Source: Chrysomallon squamiferum (taxonomy: Eukaryota; Animalia; Mollusca). From it: a stretch of DNA of 64,000 nt. The stretch is taken from NCBI GenBank assembly GCA_012295275.1, contig CM022665.1, forward strand, positions 15,004,001-15,068,000, in the 5' to 3' direction. Made by a program: the position numbers and the translations under genes. Below the pieces are notes generated by a model. That model was not told the DNA's origin and ran no database searches. It was given only the letters and a program-made list of their open reading frames with translations. Positions 54,001 to 64,000 of the stretch are shown here, piece by piece (the first letter of the stretch is position 1; each line of letters opens with the position of its first letter).

Positions 54001-55054
54001 TTTGGAAAATGAAATGCTTTAAAATGAAGATTGTTTTGACTGTGAAGCTTTACATGAATAAATGATCCAATTGGCTAAAAACTGACCTTGACATTGCCAT
54101 AAAATCAGTGACTTTTGATGGTCAATATAACAGCCTTTTATTTTAGTGCATGTTTATGTTGTCCTTCAAGCCTATTGCATTGTAATGGTTAAGGTCATTT
54201 CTATTTTTTATTATTATTATTATAAACACACACACAAAAATTATTAAATAGGTTTTAGTGGATGAAGTAAAATAAAAAGCTGATGAAAACAATTTTTTTT
54301 ATTTCAGATTAAATAAAATTTAAAAATACTGAACTATATATACATTCTATTCAGCATTAAATTAAAAAAAAATTCACTCATTTCTGGGTTTGAATTGCAG
54401 TTTTCACATTTATTATTTTACATTTAGATGTGAAACATTTGGATTTTCTGTTCTTTCTGATAGCTATTTCTCTTATTTCTTATTTTGATTTTTTTTTTAA
54501 ATTCCATTTTATTTTATATGGTCATATATTTTAAAATAATTTTCTGGGTCAGTTTTTTCAAATTTGTTTTGTTTTCACATCAAAATAATTGTTTTGTGTT
54601 GTTTTCTACTAGCTTAAAGAGTATGTATGTCATTACCAATGAAATAAAATGGAAACCACATTAAAAAAAAAAAAAAAAAAGTTAAAATCAAAATGTAGAT
54701 GTTTGATGTGGTGGGTTTTCTTCCTGGGAAGGGTAATTCTTAATTTTGATTATTATTAGTATTATTTATTTTTTTATTTTTCTTATTTTATGTATATACT
54801 TTATTATTATATTGCAAATATTTATTTATGTTTTCCAAATTGTGCAGATTTTGAGTAAGAACGTTTAGCTTGTATATTTTGGAAGTTTTTATATTTTGTA
54901 ACCATGTACTTCTCTGTTCTACATTCTTGGTTATGGTTATACATTTTTCAAATTTCTAGTTATATATCAGTGCAATCTAATACTTTGTTATGCATATATA
55001 AATTATATTATTATGTAAATATCAGATGTACATAATGAAACTTTCATACTGATT

Positions 55055-55060
55055 AATAAA
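55055..55060 (+). promoter_or_regulatory. Candidate distal polyadenylation signal for the Slp gene
   Basis: AATAAA preceded by several TGTA elements and followed about 20 nt later by a GT/T-rich tract. Many other AATAAA hexamers exist in this AT-rich region. Confidence 0.3.
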
Positions 55061-56664
55061 AAGCTGGATGAGAAAAAAATGTTATTTTGTTTTTATTTAT
55101 TCCTTAGTGTTGTTATCAATACATTTCAAAGTTAATGGCTGTCTTGTGTTTAAAATATTATTTGCAGACAAAAATCACACATTTTTTAGTAAAGAGACTT
55201 CACCTGTGTATTTGTTTTTCCAGAAAGCCCCTGCAAGAAAACAGTGCCTTATTCCTCACCCTATCAGCTAGGTATGTTATAGATGGACCCCTGGGGCCAT
55301 GTTTCTGACTGTGTCAGTTGTTAGACTGTGATATCATTGTAAAATGAATGACAACATACTGATGGAGTGGCCCACTGTTAGCCAAAAGTGTCATTTCCAT
55401 GTTATTACAATGTCATAAGATGAAGAATCACAGTGTTGCTATTTTGTTTACTATCCATGGAATGTGTGTTTTGTGCAGTGCCTGCTTAAATCTAAAAAGG
55501 TTTTCTGCCACAGACAAAAAACATTTTTTTCATGTATCTTCTTATATGCCGTATATACAATAGGATATGATAAAGTTAAAATATATGTTAACTTCATTAC
55601 AGAAAAAATATACTAATCTTTATTTACATCACAGCTAACTGTATGATGCATAAAATTATAGTTTAAAACCAACTCAGACATGAAGAGAAATTATCCGACT
55701 CCTTGCACAATAATAAAAAGGCATTCTGAAAAGACCAGAGACCACTTGAAGAACTGTAAATTGTTTTTATTGTCTAATAGCAGCTTTTGTTAACAGCTGT
55801 AGAAAAATGTCAAACATTTTTATAAAATAAATTGTCTACAAGTTACAAAATGCCAGAAGAACTTGATTTAACCATTTTCATGGATGCATCGTAAACCGCT
55901 ATAGATAATTCAGAAAGAAAATTGGCCTGAAGATACTTTAATTTAAAATGACAGAAAATGACACATAAAACACTTAATGAAAAATTCCCTGTGATGTGTT
56001 CATCAGTTTGGTATTAAATTTGACTTGTGTCATGGACTAATAGTTATTTAGCAAGTAAGCATTGCTGACCAACTGCATGAAGACAGTCCAAAATGATGAC
56101 CAACATTTCAGAGCCAGAAACTAAGTATTAGCAAATGGTTTTAGTGATCATCAGCATGTTGTTTTTATTTAGTGTATAGTATGTGCAGTGCATGTCATGA
56201 TTAATTATGACAGAACTTTAATAAAAACAGACTTAACAACAGGACTGTATCTGTTGTTAATGTAGTGATACTGTAGACTAATGAAGACACCACCACGTCA
56301 GTGATATTGTTATACATAATGATAACTTGGGGAATTTGGCCTCAAGCTGTCTACATTTTAAAAAGCCTTTTGCCCGTGTACCCAATTTATCAATCATGTG
56401 GGTCTCCAAGGAAAAATTCTGGTACGTTTAGTCTCCTTGCTAAAACACTGTTTAGCTGTTTTGTGTAATAAGTGGTAAAAGTGTAAAACACCAAAAACAA
56501 ACATAAATTTAAATTTTCCTGCCAATAAAATTTAAAACTTGATCATTTTAATTATTATGAATTTAAAAAAAATATATTATTTTTATTCATGAATCTTTTG
56601 AGGGAGATGTTGGGTTCTAACTGTTTTGTTATTTTTAATTGTTATTTTGTGTAAAACAAACATT

Positions 56665-64000
<7,336 letters not shown>

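Overview
AT-rich, microsatellite-dense animal genomic DNA (invertebrate; a mollusc is my guess from the repeat style, not demonstrated). It holds two convergent multi-exon genes. On the + strand is a complete synaptotagmin-like protein gene (SYTL4/5-like, Slp/bitesize family). Its 13 phase-consistent GT-AG coding exons span 8945-48137 and give about 1625 aa: an N-terminal Rab27-binding Slp homology domain with Cys8 zinc finger and TGEW motif, two very large low-complexity phase-1/1 exons, and tandem C2A/C2B domains. On the - strand is PRMT3 (C2H2 zinc finger plus type I arginine methyltransferase core), with 11 exons from the window edge at 64000 to the stop at 56665; its 5' end lies outside the window. 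The rest is introns and intergenic DNA with degenerate SINE/MITE-like repeats, a decayed transposase fragment, minisatellites and a duplicated ~0.8-1 kb segment. I see no CRISPR array, rRNA or tRNA, and no clearly new multi-gene system. The most interesting signals are hidden isoform architecture in the Slp gene (candidate internal first exons, microexons, skippable giant exons) and tandem duplications that copy splice junctions themselves. Most short ORFs in the supplied track are simple-repeat noise.
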